Of a stretch of DNA of 64,000 bases, positions 11,184 to 20,615 are shown in pieces (the stretch's first letter is position 1; each line of letters starts with the position of its first letter). The DNA lies in contig JBBIPC010000002.1 in NCBI GenBank assembly GCA_037443035.1, forward strand, positions 32,001 through 96,000, given 5' to 3'. The position numbers and the translations under genes are program-made. Below the pieces are notes generated by a model. That model did not search any database. It saw only the letters and a program-made list of their open reading frames with translations, and was not told the DNA's origin. The DNA is from Chthonomonadales bacterium (GTDB lineage: Bacteria; Armatimonadota; Chthonomonadetes; Chthonomonadales; CAJBBX01).

Positions 11184-11722
11184 GTGCAGTGCGAGGATTC
11201 GTCGTAGGCTTCGTCTCGGTGTTTCGCGGGCTGGGAGTGACGTTAGTCAACTTGGTGGCGAGGCCGAAGGTTACCATCGCCTATCCCTATGAGCGACCGC
11301 AGGTGTCGCCGCGATATCGAGGTCTGTTCTACCTGCCATTCGATGAGCAAGCCAACCGCCTCAAGTGCGTGGGTTGCACGCTCTGCGCCCAGGCATGCCC
11401 CACCAAGGTCATCTCCATGAAGAAGCTTGGTGCCGGCAAGCACGCAGGCGTGAGCGAGTTCACGATGGACCTTGGCCGTTGCATGTTCTGCAACCTCTGC
11501 ATCGAGGCATGCCCCTTTGACGCTATCCACATGGGCCCCGATTACGAACTGGCGTCGAGCCAACGCGAGATCAGTGTGTTCACTATTGCTGACCTGGCTC
11601 AGGGCGGAGCCCACGCAGTGGCCCGGAACAACGCTACCATAGAGGCAGCCCTGCAAGAGGAACAGGGCGAGAAGAAGCCGACTATCGTGCATCTGCAGGT
11701 ACCCAAAGGTCGCGAACCGTGA
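11180..11722 (+). CDS. nuoI: NADH-quinone oxidoreductase subunit I (2x[4Fe-4S])
   Basis: CVGCTLCAQACP and CMFCNLCIEACP. ATGA overlap with nuoH. Confidence 0.95.
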   Translation: MSAVRGFVVGFVSVFRGLGVTLVNLVARPKVTIAYPYERPQVSPRYRGLFYLPFDEQANRLKCVGCTLCAQACPTKVISMKKLGAGKHAGVSEFTMDLGRCMFCNLCIEACPFDAIHMGPDYELASSQREISVFTIADLAQGGAHAVARNNATIEAALQEEQGEKKPTIVHLQVPKGREP

Positions 11723-12270
11723 GTATGTCAAGCATACATTTACTGGCGTTTCTCAGCCTCTGCGTGCTCACGCTCGTGCCGGCAGTAATGGTAGTCACCA
11801 CCAGGAATCTAGTCCATGCGGGGTTCTGGCTACTTCCCTGCTTGATCGGAGTCGCAGGCTTCTACGCCCTGTTAGAGGCTCATGTGTTCGTGGCTGTGCA
11901 GGTTCTCATCTACGTCGGGGCCATACTCGTACTCATTCTCTTCGCTCTCATGCTCACCCGCGACGTCATGGACCCCAAGGAGCCGCAGACGAACCGATTG
12001 GTGTGGTGGGCAGCAGGATCCTGCGGAGCGGCCATGCTCATCACCGCCCATATTCTCTTCCATCATCCATGGAGAACAACCGGCATGGTGCCAATGCCCG
12101 CCGCTCAACAGACCGCGGAGCTCGGTCGGGCCCTCATCGGTCGCTACGCCATGCCCTTCGAAGTTGCTAGCGTGATCCTGCTGGCGGCGCTGGTGGGTGC
12201 TATCGTCGTGGCTAGAGGACCTCGAAGAGACGCCGCAGCGAGCATCCCCGCTGGGGAGGATAGGCCGTGA
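11719..12270 (+). CDS. nuoJ: NADH-quinone oxidoreductase subunit J
   Basis: QVLIYVGAILVLILFALML, PFEVASVILLAALVGAI. Confidence 0.94.
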   Translation: MSMSSIHLLAFLSLCVLTLVPAVMVVTTRNLVHAGFWLLPCLIGVAGFYALLEAHVFVAVQVLIYVGAILVLILFALMLTRDVMDPKEPQTNRLVWWAAGSCGAAMLITAHILFHHPWRTTGMVPMPAAQQTAELGRALIGRYAMPFEVASVILLAALVGAIVVARGPRRDAAASIPAGEDRP

Positions 12271-12575
12271 TCGGGTTGCAGCATTATCTTCTTGTCAGTG
12301 CCGCGCTTCTGGGCATTGGAGCGTTCGGAGCGCTCACGCGGCGAAACGCCATTGCCGTGCTCATGGGCGTCGAGTTGATGCTGAATGCGGCCAACCTCAA
12401 CTTCATAGCCCTATGGCGCTTTCTCACGCCCTATTCCATGGAGCCACAGGTCTTCGTGCTCATCGGCCTGACCATCGCCGCCGCCGAAGCTGCCATCGGC
12501 TTGGCTGTGGTCTTGAACATATATCGTGAATACGGTACCGTGAACCTCGACAAGATCGCGGAGCTGAAGGGGTGA
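12267..12575 (+). CDS. nuoK: NADH-quinone oxidoreductase subunit K
   Basis: MGVELMLNAANLN, AAAEAAIGLA. Confidence 0.96.
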   Translation: MIGLQHYLLVSAALLGIGAFGALTRRNAIAVLMGVELMLNAANLNFIALWRFLTPYSMEPQVFVLIGLTIAAAEAAIGLAVVLNIYREYGTVNLDKIAELKG

Positions 12576-14605
12576 GCGTTCTCGCGCCGACGGCCGATCC
12601 CGTACTCTGGCTCATCGTGCTCGTCCCGCTGTTCATGGCCGTTGTTGCCGGAATCCTGGCCTTGACCCGTCGTCTGGAAGGGGCTGCTCCGTACCTCACC
12701 TCGATCGGGACGGGCATCGCCGGACTCGTGGCACTGACCCACAGACCCAGCCGCACACACGGCTACCTCGGCCACGTGGATGTGTCCTGGCTGCAGGTAT
12801 GGGACAGATTCCACATCGCGCTGTCGGTGCATCTGGACCACCTTGCGTGGGTGATGGTCGGCGTAGTATGCGCCGTGAGTCTCCTCGTCCAAGTCTATTC
12901 CATCGGTTACATGCGGGGCGAGCGAGGGTACGCGCGCTACTTCGCCTACCTCTCTCTGTTCACAGCGTCCATGCTCGGATTGGTGGTTGCCGATAATCTG
13001 TTCCAGCTCTATGTGTGCTGGGAGCTCGTGGGCATATGTTCGTACCTACTCATCGGGTTCTGGTGGCATAAGCCAAGCGCAGCGTCGGCTGCGAAGAAGG
13101 CGTTCGTCGTAACGCGGTTCGGCGACGTCGGCTTCATGCTCGGTCTGCTGTTCCTGTCCGTGGCTGCAGGTTCGTTCGGGTTCACGGACGTTCAGCATGC
13201 CTTTGCGCGCATAGGTTCTGGTGCGCAGCAAGCCAGCACACTCATGTCCAATGAGGTGTTTCTCTGGGTCGTACCCCTTCTGCTCTTCTGTGGTGCGGTC
13301 GGCAAGTCCGCCCAGTTTCCGCTGCACGTATGGTTGCCGGACGCCATGGAGGGTCCCACACCAGTCAGCGCTCTGATCCACGCTGCCACCATGGTGGCGG
13401 CTGGAGTCTACATGGTGGCTCGTCTGATCTGGCTCTTTACCTGGTCGTCCGTATCGGCTCCCCTTCGCGGTCCTCTGGCCATTCCTCTCGATGTCATCCT
13501 TGTAGTCGGAGCAGTAACGGCACTCATTGCCGCCACCATCGCACTCGTGCAGAACGATATCAAGAAGGTGCTCGCCTACTCCACGATCAGTCAACTCGGC
13601 TTCATGATGATGGCGCTTGGTGCAGGGAACACGGCCGGCCAGGCGACATCCATGTTCCACCTTGTAACTCACGCCTTCTTCAAAGCGCTCCTCTTCCTTG
13701 CCGCGGGCTCGGTGATCCACGCGCTCCACCATGCCCCCGACCCCAACGACCTGCGGTATATGGGTGGGCTACGGCACCGCATGCCATGGACGGCGTTGAC
13801 CTGCGGCATCGGAGTGGTGGCATTGGCAGGACTCCCGCCTTTCTCAGGGTTCTGGAGCAAGGATGCCATCGCCGGGTTGCTCATGGAGCGCGCGGGCTGG
13901 TTCGGTCATCGGATGAGCCCCGAGGGCGTTCTGCAGCTCGGTGCCGACCCGGACGTGGCTAGTTTTGGAGCCGTCGTCGCTCTTGTGGTGACCGTGCTAA
14001 CGGCGTTCTATGCCTTTCGGCTATGGTTCCTGGCATTCGCCGGCACGCCACGATCCCAAGCAGCTACTCAAGCACACGAATCGCCAGCCGTCATGACTCT
14101 GCCGCTGGTACTGCTGGCGGTACCCTCGGTCTTCGCCGGCTGGTGGCTTCACCACAACAGCCTCCTGGAAGCCTACTTGACCAACGAACACGGTGCTCCC
14201 ATGCATCTCACCGTAGCCGTAGTTGCAACGGTTCTCGCACTAGCAGGAGCGGCCATGGCGGTTCGCCTGTACCTGAAGCCGTCCTCCGGCGAAGATCCTG
14301 TCTGCGGTATGCCGCGGCCACTCTACGCTCTGTTCAGCAACCTCTGGTACGTTGAAGCGTTCTGGTCGGCTGCTGTTGCGCCTACCCTGCTCAAGCTCGG
14401 TTCCACGGTCGCCTGGGCAGATCGCAATATCGTTGACGGCACTGTCCGGGCCACAGGACGGGGCATCGTGCGTGTCGGATACGAGGTTCGGCGCATGGCT
14501 TCTGGCCAGGCCCAGTCCTACGCAACGGTCATCGTCGCAGCAACTGTTGCCGTGATCGTTCTGCTGGTTCTCTATGAAGCCGCGGCAAGCGGAGGGATGC
14601 CCTGA
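12572..14605 (+). CDS. nuoL: NADH-quinone oxidoreductase subunit L
   Basis: GKSAQFPLHVWLPDAMEGPTPVSALIHAATMVAAG, HAFFKALLFL. Confidence 0.97.
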   Translation: MSVLAPTADPVLWLIVLVPLFMAVVAGILALTRRLEGAAPYLTSIGTGIAGLVALTHRPSRTHGYLGHVDVSWLQVWDRFHIALSVHLDHLAWVMVGVVCAVSLLVQVYSIGYMRGERGYARYFAYLSLFTASMLGLVVADNLFQLYVCWELVGICSYLLIGFWWHKPSAASAAKKAFVVTRFGDVGFMLGLLFLSVAAGSFGFTDVQHAFARIGSGAQQASTLMSNEVFLWVVPLLLFCGAVGKSAQFPLHVWLPDAMEGPTPVSALIHAATMVAAGVYMVARLIWLFTWSSVSAPLRGPLAIPLDVILVVGAVTALIAATIALVQNDIKKVLAYSTISQLGFMMMALGAGNTAGQATSMFHLVTHAFFKALLFLAAGSVIHALHHAPDPNDLRYMGGLRHRMPWTALTCGIGVVALAGLPPFSGFWSKDAIAGLLMERAGWFGHRMSPEGVLQLGADPDVASFGAVVALVVTVLTAFYAFRLWFLAFAGTPRSQAATQAHESPAVMTLPLVLLAVPSVFAGWWLHHNSLLEAYLTNEHGAPMHLTVAVVATVLALAGAAMAVRLYLKPSSGEDPVCGMPRPLYALFSNLWYVEAFWSAAVAPTLLKLGSTVAWADRNIVDGTVRATGRGIVRVGYEVRRMASGQAQSYATVIVAATVAVIVLLVLYEAAASGGMP

Positions 14606-16125
14606 TGGGAGGCTGGATCGTCACCCTTACGGTGCTGGCCCCACTGACGGCATCCCTGCTGCTGCTGGTGTTGCCGGCATCGCGTGGGCTTCTTGTCCGG
14701 CTCGTAGCAGCCCTCGGCGCAGGCATCACCCTCCCTGCGTCGTTGTGGTTGTGCTGGACCTATGACCTGCGCAAGGGTGGTTTTCAGCATGAACTGCGCA
14801 TTCCCTGGGTGCCATCGCTCGGCATCGGCTACCACGTAGGCGTAGATGGAATCAGTCTTTCCCTAGTCCTGCTCACCTCCCTCGTCATCACCTTCGGCGT
14901 CTTCGCCTCGTGGACGCAGAAGACTCGTACGAAGGAGTTCCTCGCCCTCCTGCTGCTGCTCGTGAGCGGGGTGTTCGGCGTATTCGTGTCCAGGGACCTG
15001 TTCTTCCTCTTCCTCTTCTACGAGATCGCCGTCCTACCGATGTACCTGCTGATCGGCGTCTGGGGAACGAGCTCGAAGGAGCGAACGAAGGAACATGCCG
15101 CCATGAAGCTCACGCTCATGTTACTCGGTGGCAGTGCGTTCATTCTCGTGGCGATCCTGGCCATCTACTTCGTTCAGCCCGTACGTTCCTTCGACCTGGA
15201 GCGCCTGGCGACCACCCGCTACTCCCCTGACTTCCAGACATGGGCGTTCCTTCTCGTCTACGTCGGCTTTGGCATCCTTGCAGGTATCTGGCCGCTGCAC
15301 ACATGGTCGCCTGACGGCCACGCTTCGGCTCCAACTGCCGTCTCCATGCTCCACGCAGGTGTCCTGATGAAGCTTGGCGCCTACGGCGTCTTGCGCGTGG
15401 GTGTGGGGCTCATGCCGGAAGGCGCCCAACACTGGGCTATGCTGATGGGCTGCATTGCGACGGTGAACATCCTCTACGGTGCCATGTCCGCCATGGGTCA
15501 GACGGACCTGAAGTACGTCATCGCTTACTCGTCTGTATCGCACATGGGCGTTGTCATGCTGGGGCTGGCGTCCCTGAATCCGGTGGGAATCAATGGGTCG
15601 GTCATGCAGATGTTCTCGCATGGCATCATGACGGGGCTGTTCTTCGCCGTGGTTGGCCTGATCTACGAGAAAGCCCATACACGGGATACGACGCGAATGG
15701 GCGGTTTCGCAAGGAGGATGCCTGGTATCGCAGTTACGATGACCGTCGGGGGGCTCGCCTCGTTCGGCTTACCGGCAACCAGCGGTTTCATCGCCGAGTT
15801 TCTGTCCTTCTACGGTATGTGGCTGCGAAGTCCTCTGCTCGCCCTTCTCGCAGTCGGCGGCATCGTGCTGACCGCCATTTATGTCCTCCGGATCATCCAG
15901 CGTGTCTTCCTCGGTCCATTCAACGAGTCCAACTACGCCGATCTTCGCGACGCCAGGACCACGGAGTGGCCCGCTATAGTTGCCCTTGCGTTGATCCTGC
16001 TCGTTGTCGGGCTCTGGCCACGGCCTCTGGTACGCATGATCGACTCCGGCATCCGTACCGCCCTGCCGTGGGTCCAGACCACGCAGGTGGCACAGTACCC
16101 TGGGAGAGACGTGGGCCAACGATGA
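14605..16125 (+). CDS. nuoM: NADH-quinone oxidoreductase subunit M
   Basis: GVDGISL, PLHTWSPDGHASAPT, MKLGAYG, IAYSSVSHMG. Confidence 0.96.
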   Translation: MGGWIVTLTVLAPLTASLLLLVLPASRGLLVRLVAALGAGITLPASLWLCWTYDLRKGGFQHELRIPWVPSLGIGYHVGVDGISLSLVLLTSLVITFGVFASWTQKTRTKEFLALLLLLVSGVFGVFVSRDLFFLFLFYEIAVLPMYLLIGVWGTSSKERTKEHAAMKLTLMLLGGSAFILVAILAIYFVQPVRSFDLERLATTRYSPDFQTWAFLLVYVGFGILAGIWPLHTWSPDGHASAPTAVSMLHAGVLMKLGAYGVLRVGVGLMPEGAQHWAMLMGCIATVNILYGAMSAMGQTDLKYVIAYSSVSHMGVVMLGLASLNPVGINGSVMQMFSHGIMTGLFFAVVGLIYEKAHTRDTTRMGGFARRMPGIAVTMTVGGLASFGLPATSGFIAEFLSFYGMWLRSPLLALLAVGGIVLTAIYVLRIIQRVFLGPFNESNYADLRDARTTEWPAIVALALILLVVGLWPRPLVRMIDSGIRTALPWVQTTQVAQYPGRDVGQR

Positions 16126-18608
16126 CCCGCTCGCTAGGCGTTCGTCTTTGTGCTCACGCCGTGGCGCTGACAGGAGGTGTTCTCGCAGCCATGTGCCAAC
16201 AGAAAATCTCCGACTGGCCCTCCTCTGTGCTCGCTTTCCCCTACCCGCGCTCGAGCTCAGTCGGTAGCCCGCGTATCGTCGTTTACCGGCACGACATCCT
16301 CCGGCTGCAACGCAACAAGTCTGTCATTGGCACTCCATTGCGCATTGGCTCGCGGGAGTTCCGCTCCGGTCTGGGCACACATGCACCGTCCAGGCTCGTG
16401 GTCACGTCGCCGCGTCCGCTCGTCGCCGTAGCCGGCTGGCTAGGCGTGGATGCGAACGAGCGAACGCAGGGAGGGACCGGCTCGGTTGTATTCGTTGTTC
16501 GCGCTGACGGCGTGGAAGTGTACCGATCCCCTGTCGTTCGGCCAAAGCAGGATCCCCTGCGGTTGGATCTGAACCTGGCGTCGGCCCGCACTGTGGATCT
16601 GATCGTAGAGGACGCAGGTGATGGCGTGACCTGCGACCATGCGGACTGGGCCGACCTGCGCGTACGTCTCGCTGATGGCTCCGAACTAGCTGTCGCCGAC
16701 CTGGAGGAAGGTGTAGCGGATCTCTCCGGTCCCTATCCCTTCTCGTTCACCGTCGGAGGCAAAGCGTGCGGGGATGTCTTGCAGAGCTGGAAGAGTGAGG
16801 GGCACGATGAAACGCTTGCCGATGGACGGCGACACATCGAGCGTACATGGCTTCACCCCGACGGAACTCTCCGCGTCCGTTTCGATGCCGTCCAGTACAA
16901 GGACTTCCCGGCGGTAGACTGGGTTCTCCGGTTCGAAAACATTGGTACACGGGATACGCCGATCATCGAGAACGTCCTGCCGCTGGACTTCACCCTGAAC
17001 GCACCCAGAGATGGTGCATGGCCATATGTACTCCACCGGACCGCCGGCGGCACTCCGGACGCCCAGCAGTTCGCCTCGACCACTCTGGACATTGGCGGAG
17101 GCCAAACCGGCGAACTCAGTGCAGGCGGTGGTAGGTCTTCCACGAAGGACTTCCCGTTTTTCAAGGTGGACCTGAGCGACGGGGCGCTCATCGTCGCGAT
17201 AGGATGGTCGGGTAACTGGAAGGCCACCGTAGAATCGCCCGACAAGCGCCAACTGCACATCGCCGCAGGACAGGATGGCACCCGCTTCCTCCTGCATCCC
17301 GGCGAAACCGTCCGGACACCCCGCGTCCTCATGTTGCGCAGCAGGGGCGACAGCCTCGAAGCGAACGTCCTCTTTCGGCGGTTGATCTACAGACACTACG
17401 CTGCCCGGCGATCCGGCAAGAACCCCTTGCCAGTCCTGTTCAGCAACACATGTTTCACCCGAGGTGGCGGCTGGCTCAACGAGTGCAATGCCGCCAATCA
17501 GATCTCGCTGATCGACGCGTACGCGCCGCTCGGGCTGGAAGCCGTCATCACGGACGCAGGCTGGTTCGAGGGCGGCTGGCCGGACGGCGCTGGCAACTGG
17601 ACACCGAGGAAGGACGCATACCCACAGGGCATGGGGCCGGTGGCCGCCGCCGCCGCGAAGCACAACATGGTCTATGGCCTGTGGTTCGAGCCAGAACGAG
17701 TGGTAGCGGGTACTGGACTCCATCGGGAACATCCCGAATGGTGTCTGGCTGCTGGACCAGAACCGCAGCATACCTATCTGGCCAACTTCGCCCTCAAACC
17801 CGTAAGGGACTACTTCCTCCAAATCGTGAAAGGCTTCATGGATCTGCCAGGATTCAGGGTCTACAGGCAGGATTTCAACATGGATCCATTGCCCTACTGG
17901 AGATTCAACGACCGGCCGGACCGCCAGGGCATGACCGAAATGCAGTACATCGAAGGTCTCTATGCCTACTGGGACAGTCTGGCCCAAGCGTGGCCGGATA
18001 GCCTGCGGGAGGAGTGTGCCAGCGGCGGTCACCGAATCGATCTGGAGACGGTCAAACGCTTTCACATTCACCAGAAGACCGATTACTGGTTCGACAACGA
18101 GGTGGACCAGGCCAGCATCTGGTCTCTCAGCCAGTATCTGCCCAACAGTGTCTTTGTCGCTCCCATTGACAGGCTGGACGAGTACACTTACCATTCGGTG
18201 TTCGCCACATCGCTGTGCGTTGGTTGGATCGCCGACGCGCCCGAGTTTCCCACGACGCGTGCCAGCAAGATGCTCAGTCGCTACCTCGCTCTGCGACATT
18301 TCCTTGTAGGTGACTATTACCCCCTCACGGGTTATAGCCTGAACCAGAGGGACTGGATGGCCTACCAGTTCCATCGGCCGGACCTCGGAGCTGGCATCGT
18401 CATGGTGTTTCGACGACGGGAAAGCCCCTACAGGAGCGTGGAAGTGGCTTTGCATGGACTGGAGCCGGCGGCCACCTACACGCTCCGATCCGAGACATCC
18501 GGCAAGGTCACAGAGGGTCGTGGTGCCGCTCTGATGCAACAGATGGTGATTGCACTTCCAGCACCACATATGTCGGATATTCTCGTCTACCGGAAGGTGC
18601 AGAAGTGA
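16122..18608 (+). CDS. NPCBM/NEW2-domain GH36-family alpha-galactosidase-like glycoside hydrolase (828 aa)
   Basis: NPCBM motifs GLGTHA...GSVVFVVRADG...LIVEDAGDGVTCDHADWAD. GH36 motifs DAGWF, GNW, YPQGM, GLWFEPE, RQDFN, CASGGHRID. ATG 16122 overlaps the nuoM stop (ATGA). Confidence 0.85.
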   Translation: MTRSLGVRLCAHAVALTGGVLAAMCQQKISDWPSSVLAFPYPRSSSVGSPRIVVYRHDILRLQRNKSVIGTPLRIGSREFRSGLGTHAPSRLVVTSPRPLVAVAGWLGVDANERTQGGTGSVVFVVRADGVEVYRSPVVRPKQDPLRLDLNLASARTVDLIVEDAGDGVTCDHADWADLRVRLADGSELAVADLEEGVADLSGPYPFSFTVGGKACGDVLQSWKSEGHDETLADGRRHIERTWLHPDGTLRVRFDAVQYKDFPAVDWVLRFENIGTRDTPIIENVLPLDFTLNAPRDGAWPYVLHRTAGGTPDAQQFASTTLDIGGGQTGELSAGGGRSSTKDFPFFKVDLSDGALIVAIGWSGNWKATVESPDKRQLHIAAGQDGTRFLLHPGETVRTPRVLMLRSRGDSLEANVLFRRLIYRHYAARRSGKNPLPVLFSNTCFTRGGGWLNECNAANQISLIDAYAPLGLEAVITDAGWFEGGWPDGAGNWTPRKDAYPQGMGPVAAAAAKHNMVYGLWFEPERVVAGTGLHREHPEWCLAAGPEPQHTYLANFALKPVRDYFLQIVKGFMDLPGFRVYRQDFNMDPLPYWRFNDRPDRQGMTEMQYIEGLYAYWDSLAQAWPDSLREECASGGHRIDLETVKRFHIHQKTDYWFDNEVDQASIWSLSQYLPNSVFVAPIDRLDEYTYHSVFATSLCVGWIADAPEFPTTRASKMLSRYLALRHFLVGDYYPLTGYSLNQRDWMAYQFHRPDLGAGIVMVFRRRESPYRSVEVALHGLEPAATYTLRSETSGKVTEGRGAALMQQMVIALPAPHMSDILVYRKVQK

Positions 18609-20122
18609 TCGAGCTCCGTGCACTGCTGCCGCATGCCGTTCTCATCGGTGTAGGACTGCTCGTCATTGCCCTGGACATTCTGCACGTGCGGCGCCGATTC
18701 TGCTGCCTGGGCGCCATCACCGCGGCAGGAGCATTTCTAGTCCTAGTTCTCGATTGGCAGGGTCCGACAGCAGCGCTTTGGCAGGGTCTCGCTGCAACGG
18801 ACGGGTTCTCGCGCGCATTCGACACCGTTTTCCTCCTCTCGCTGGCCATCGTTGCCATCGGCTCCGTCGGGTCCGAGAAGTGCGCCGTGTACGCGGGTGA
18901 GTACTTCGGTGTTCTAGCATTCAGCACGTTGGGGCTCATGCTTGCCGCTTCTGCGACGAGCCTTCTTGCCCTGTACATCGGTGTGGAGCTCACCACGATC
19001 GGCCTCATGGGTCTGGTAGGGTTCGCCAAGACCGAGAAACGCTCAGCCGAGGCAGCGGTAAAGCTGTTTGTCGTTGGAGCCGTGGCATCGGCGTTGGCTC
19101 TCTACGGAGCAGGGATCGTCTACGGAGTGGCCGGAACCACTGAGTATCACCGCGTGGTTGAAGCTTTGGGAACGGGTCGCGAGGGTTTCCCCTGGTTGAT
19201 GTGGCTTGGTCTGGCCTGCGTTATCGCCGGTCTGGGGTTCAAGATCGCCGCCGTACCGTTCCACCTTTGGGCACCCGACGTCTACGAAGGGGCGCCTACT
19301 GCTGTCAGCGCGTTCATCTCCACGGCTTCCAAGGCTGGTGGCATGGCCGGTCTCCTACGCTTTCTTGTCGTCGCCCTGGGCCACGCTGGAGACCGGTGGT
19401 TGCCGATCGTCGTGGTTCTGTCCCTCGGCTCCATGCTGCTGGGCAACCTGGCGGCCATCGCCCAGACGAACTTCAAGCGGATGCTGGCCTATTCGGGCAT
19501 TGCTCAGGCAGGTTACATGCTCGTCGCTGTGGCCGGCGCCTGGGCGCCCAGCAGCACGATGGCTGTAAGCGCCGTCGTCATGTATGCCTTCCTCTACGCG
19601 TTCACCAACATCGGTGGCTTCCTCGTTGCCCACGCAGTGGCTGAAGCCACCGGTAGCGATGACATCGCCGCACTGCGCGGGCTTCACAAGCGGTCTCCTT
19701 TCCTGGCCCTGACGGTTCTAGTCGTGCTGTTCTCGCTGGGTGGCATACCGCCGCTGGCTGGCTTTGTGGGCAAGCTCTACCTGTTCGCTGCAGGATGGGA
19801 TGGCGGCCAGGTGCTGCTCGTGAGCGTGGGCGCGGGCATCAGTGTGGTAGCTCTGTACTATTACCTTCGTGTCGCCCTGGAAGCGTATATCAAGGATCCG
19901 GACGATGCCAGCCCATTGCCTTTAGCACGCCCGGTCGGCGTTGCCCTCGCAGTGTGCGTTCTGGGTACCATTGCCATCGGAGTGTATCCGCGACCATGGG
20001 TGAGCCTTGGCGAACAGGCAGCGAAGGCGCTCGCGCCCAGCCTTCCGGCGAGAGCTAGCGTCGGCACTCCCGAGAAGCCAACCTTGACAGGAGCAGGCCG
20101 TGTTCTACCTAACCGTTCATGA
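18605..20122 (+). CDS. nuoN: NADH-quinone oxidoreductase subunit N
   Basis: GFKIAAVPFHLWAPDVYEGAPT, KRMLAYSGIAQAGY, SLGGIPPLAGFVGK. GTGA overlap with the GH36 stop. Confidence 0.96.
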   Translation: MIELRALLPHAVLIGVGLLVIALDILHVRRRFCCLGAITAAGAFLVLVLDWQGPTAALWQGLAATDGFSRAFDTVFLLSLAIVAIGSVGSEKCAVYAGEYFGVLAFSTLGLMLAASATSLLALYIGVELTTIGLMGLVGFAKTEKRSAEAAVKLFVVGAVASALALYGAGIVYGVAGTTEYHRVVEALGTGREGFPWLMWLGLACVIAGLGFKIAAVPFHLWAPDVYEGAPTAVSAFISTASKAGGMAGLLRFLVVALGHAGDRWLPIVVVLSLGSMLLGNLAAIAQTNFKRMLAYSGIAQAGYMLVAVAGAWAPSSTMAVSAVVMYAFLYAFTNIGGFLVAHAVAEATGSDDIAALRGLHKRSPFLALTVLVVLFSLGGIPPLAGFVGKLYLFAAGWDGGQVLLVSVGAGISVVALYYYLRVALEAYIKDPDDASPLPLARPVGVALAVCVLGTIAIGVYPRPWVSLGEQAAKALAPSLPARASVGTPEKPTLTGAGRVLPNRS

Positions 20123-20615
20123 CATCGTCTGGGTCAACGAGCTTATCTGCGGCGCCGGAGTACCCTTCGACTACGAGCTTCTGGAAGCCTGCATGGCAGC
20201 ACAGTACGGCTATGGTGATAGCCGTGACGTACTGGGTCAGGCCGGCGCGTTCGCCGAGAAGATGATTCGCACCGTTCCGTTTCGCGAGGGGAATCTGCGC
20301 ACGGGGCTTGTGTGCGTGACGATGTTCTTGACCGGTAACCGGCTATCGCTGGAACCGGACGCGAGTCGCCTCTTGGAGGTCGCTCGGGCGGTCCAGGCTG
20401 GCGCGTCCGAAGGCGAGGATCTTGTCGCAGCGCTACGGGGTCGCTTCGGCTCACAGACGCCGCAGGAGGCTGCGGTCAATGCCGGTCGTCCGCCTGCGGT
20501 CCGGAGTCTTGCATCGCAAGCGCTGGCGCGGCTGGGGCCTGTACTGGACGCTTGCGCGGAGGAGGACGGTCCGGTTCCCGGATGGACCGCCTCTCCATAT
20601 CTTCACAGGGACTAG
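20100..20615 (+). CDS. Fic/Doc-like protein with degenerate active-site motif
   Basis: Doc-like N-terminus (YLTVHDIVWVN). VPFREGNLRT sits where HPFxDGNxRT is expected. AGGAG RBS 6 nt before the GTG. Confidence 0.65.
   Translation: MFYLTVHDIVWVNELICGAGVPFDYELLEACMAAQYGYGDSRDVLGQAGAFAEKMIRTVPFREGNLRTGLVCVTMFLTGNRLSLEPDASRLLEVARAVQAGASEGEDLVAALRGRFGSQTPQEAAVNAGRPPAVRSLASQALARLGPVLDACAEEDGPVPGWTASPYLHRD

Noticed and set aside
15819..16121. N-terminal extension of the 929-aa ORF
   Set aside because: Overlaps nuoM in another frame. ATG 16122 with the ATGA overlap is the better start.
16686..18623. 645-aa minus-strand ORF
   Set aside because: Antisense shadow of the GH36 gene with no motifs; such shadows are common in GC-rich DNA.
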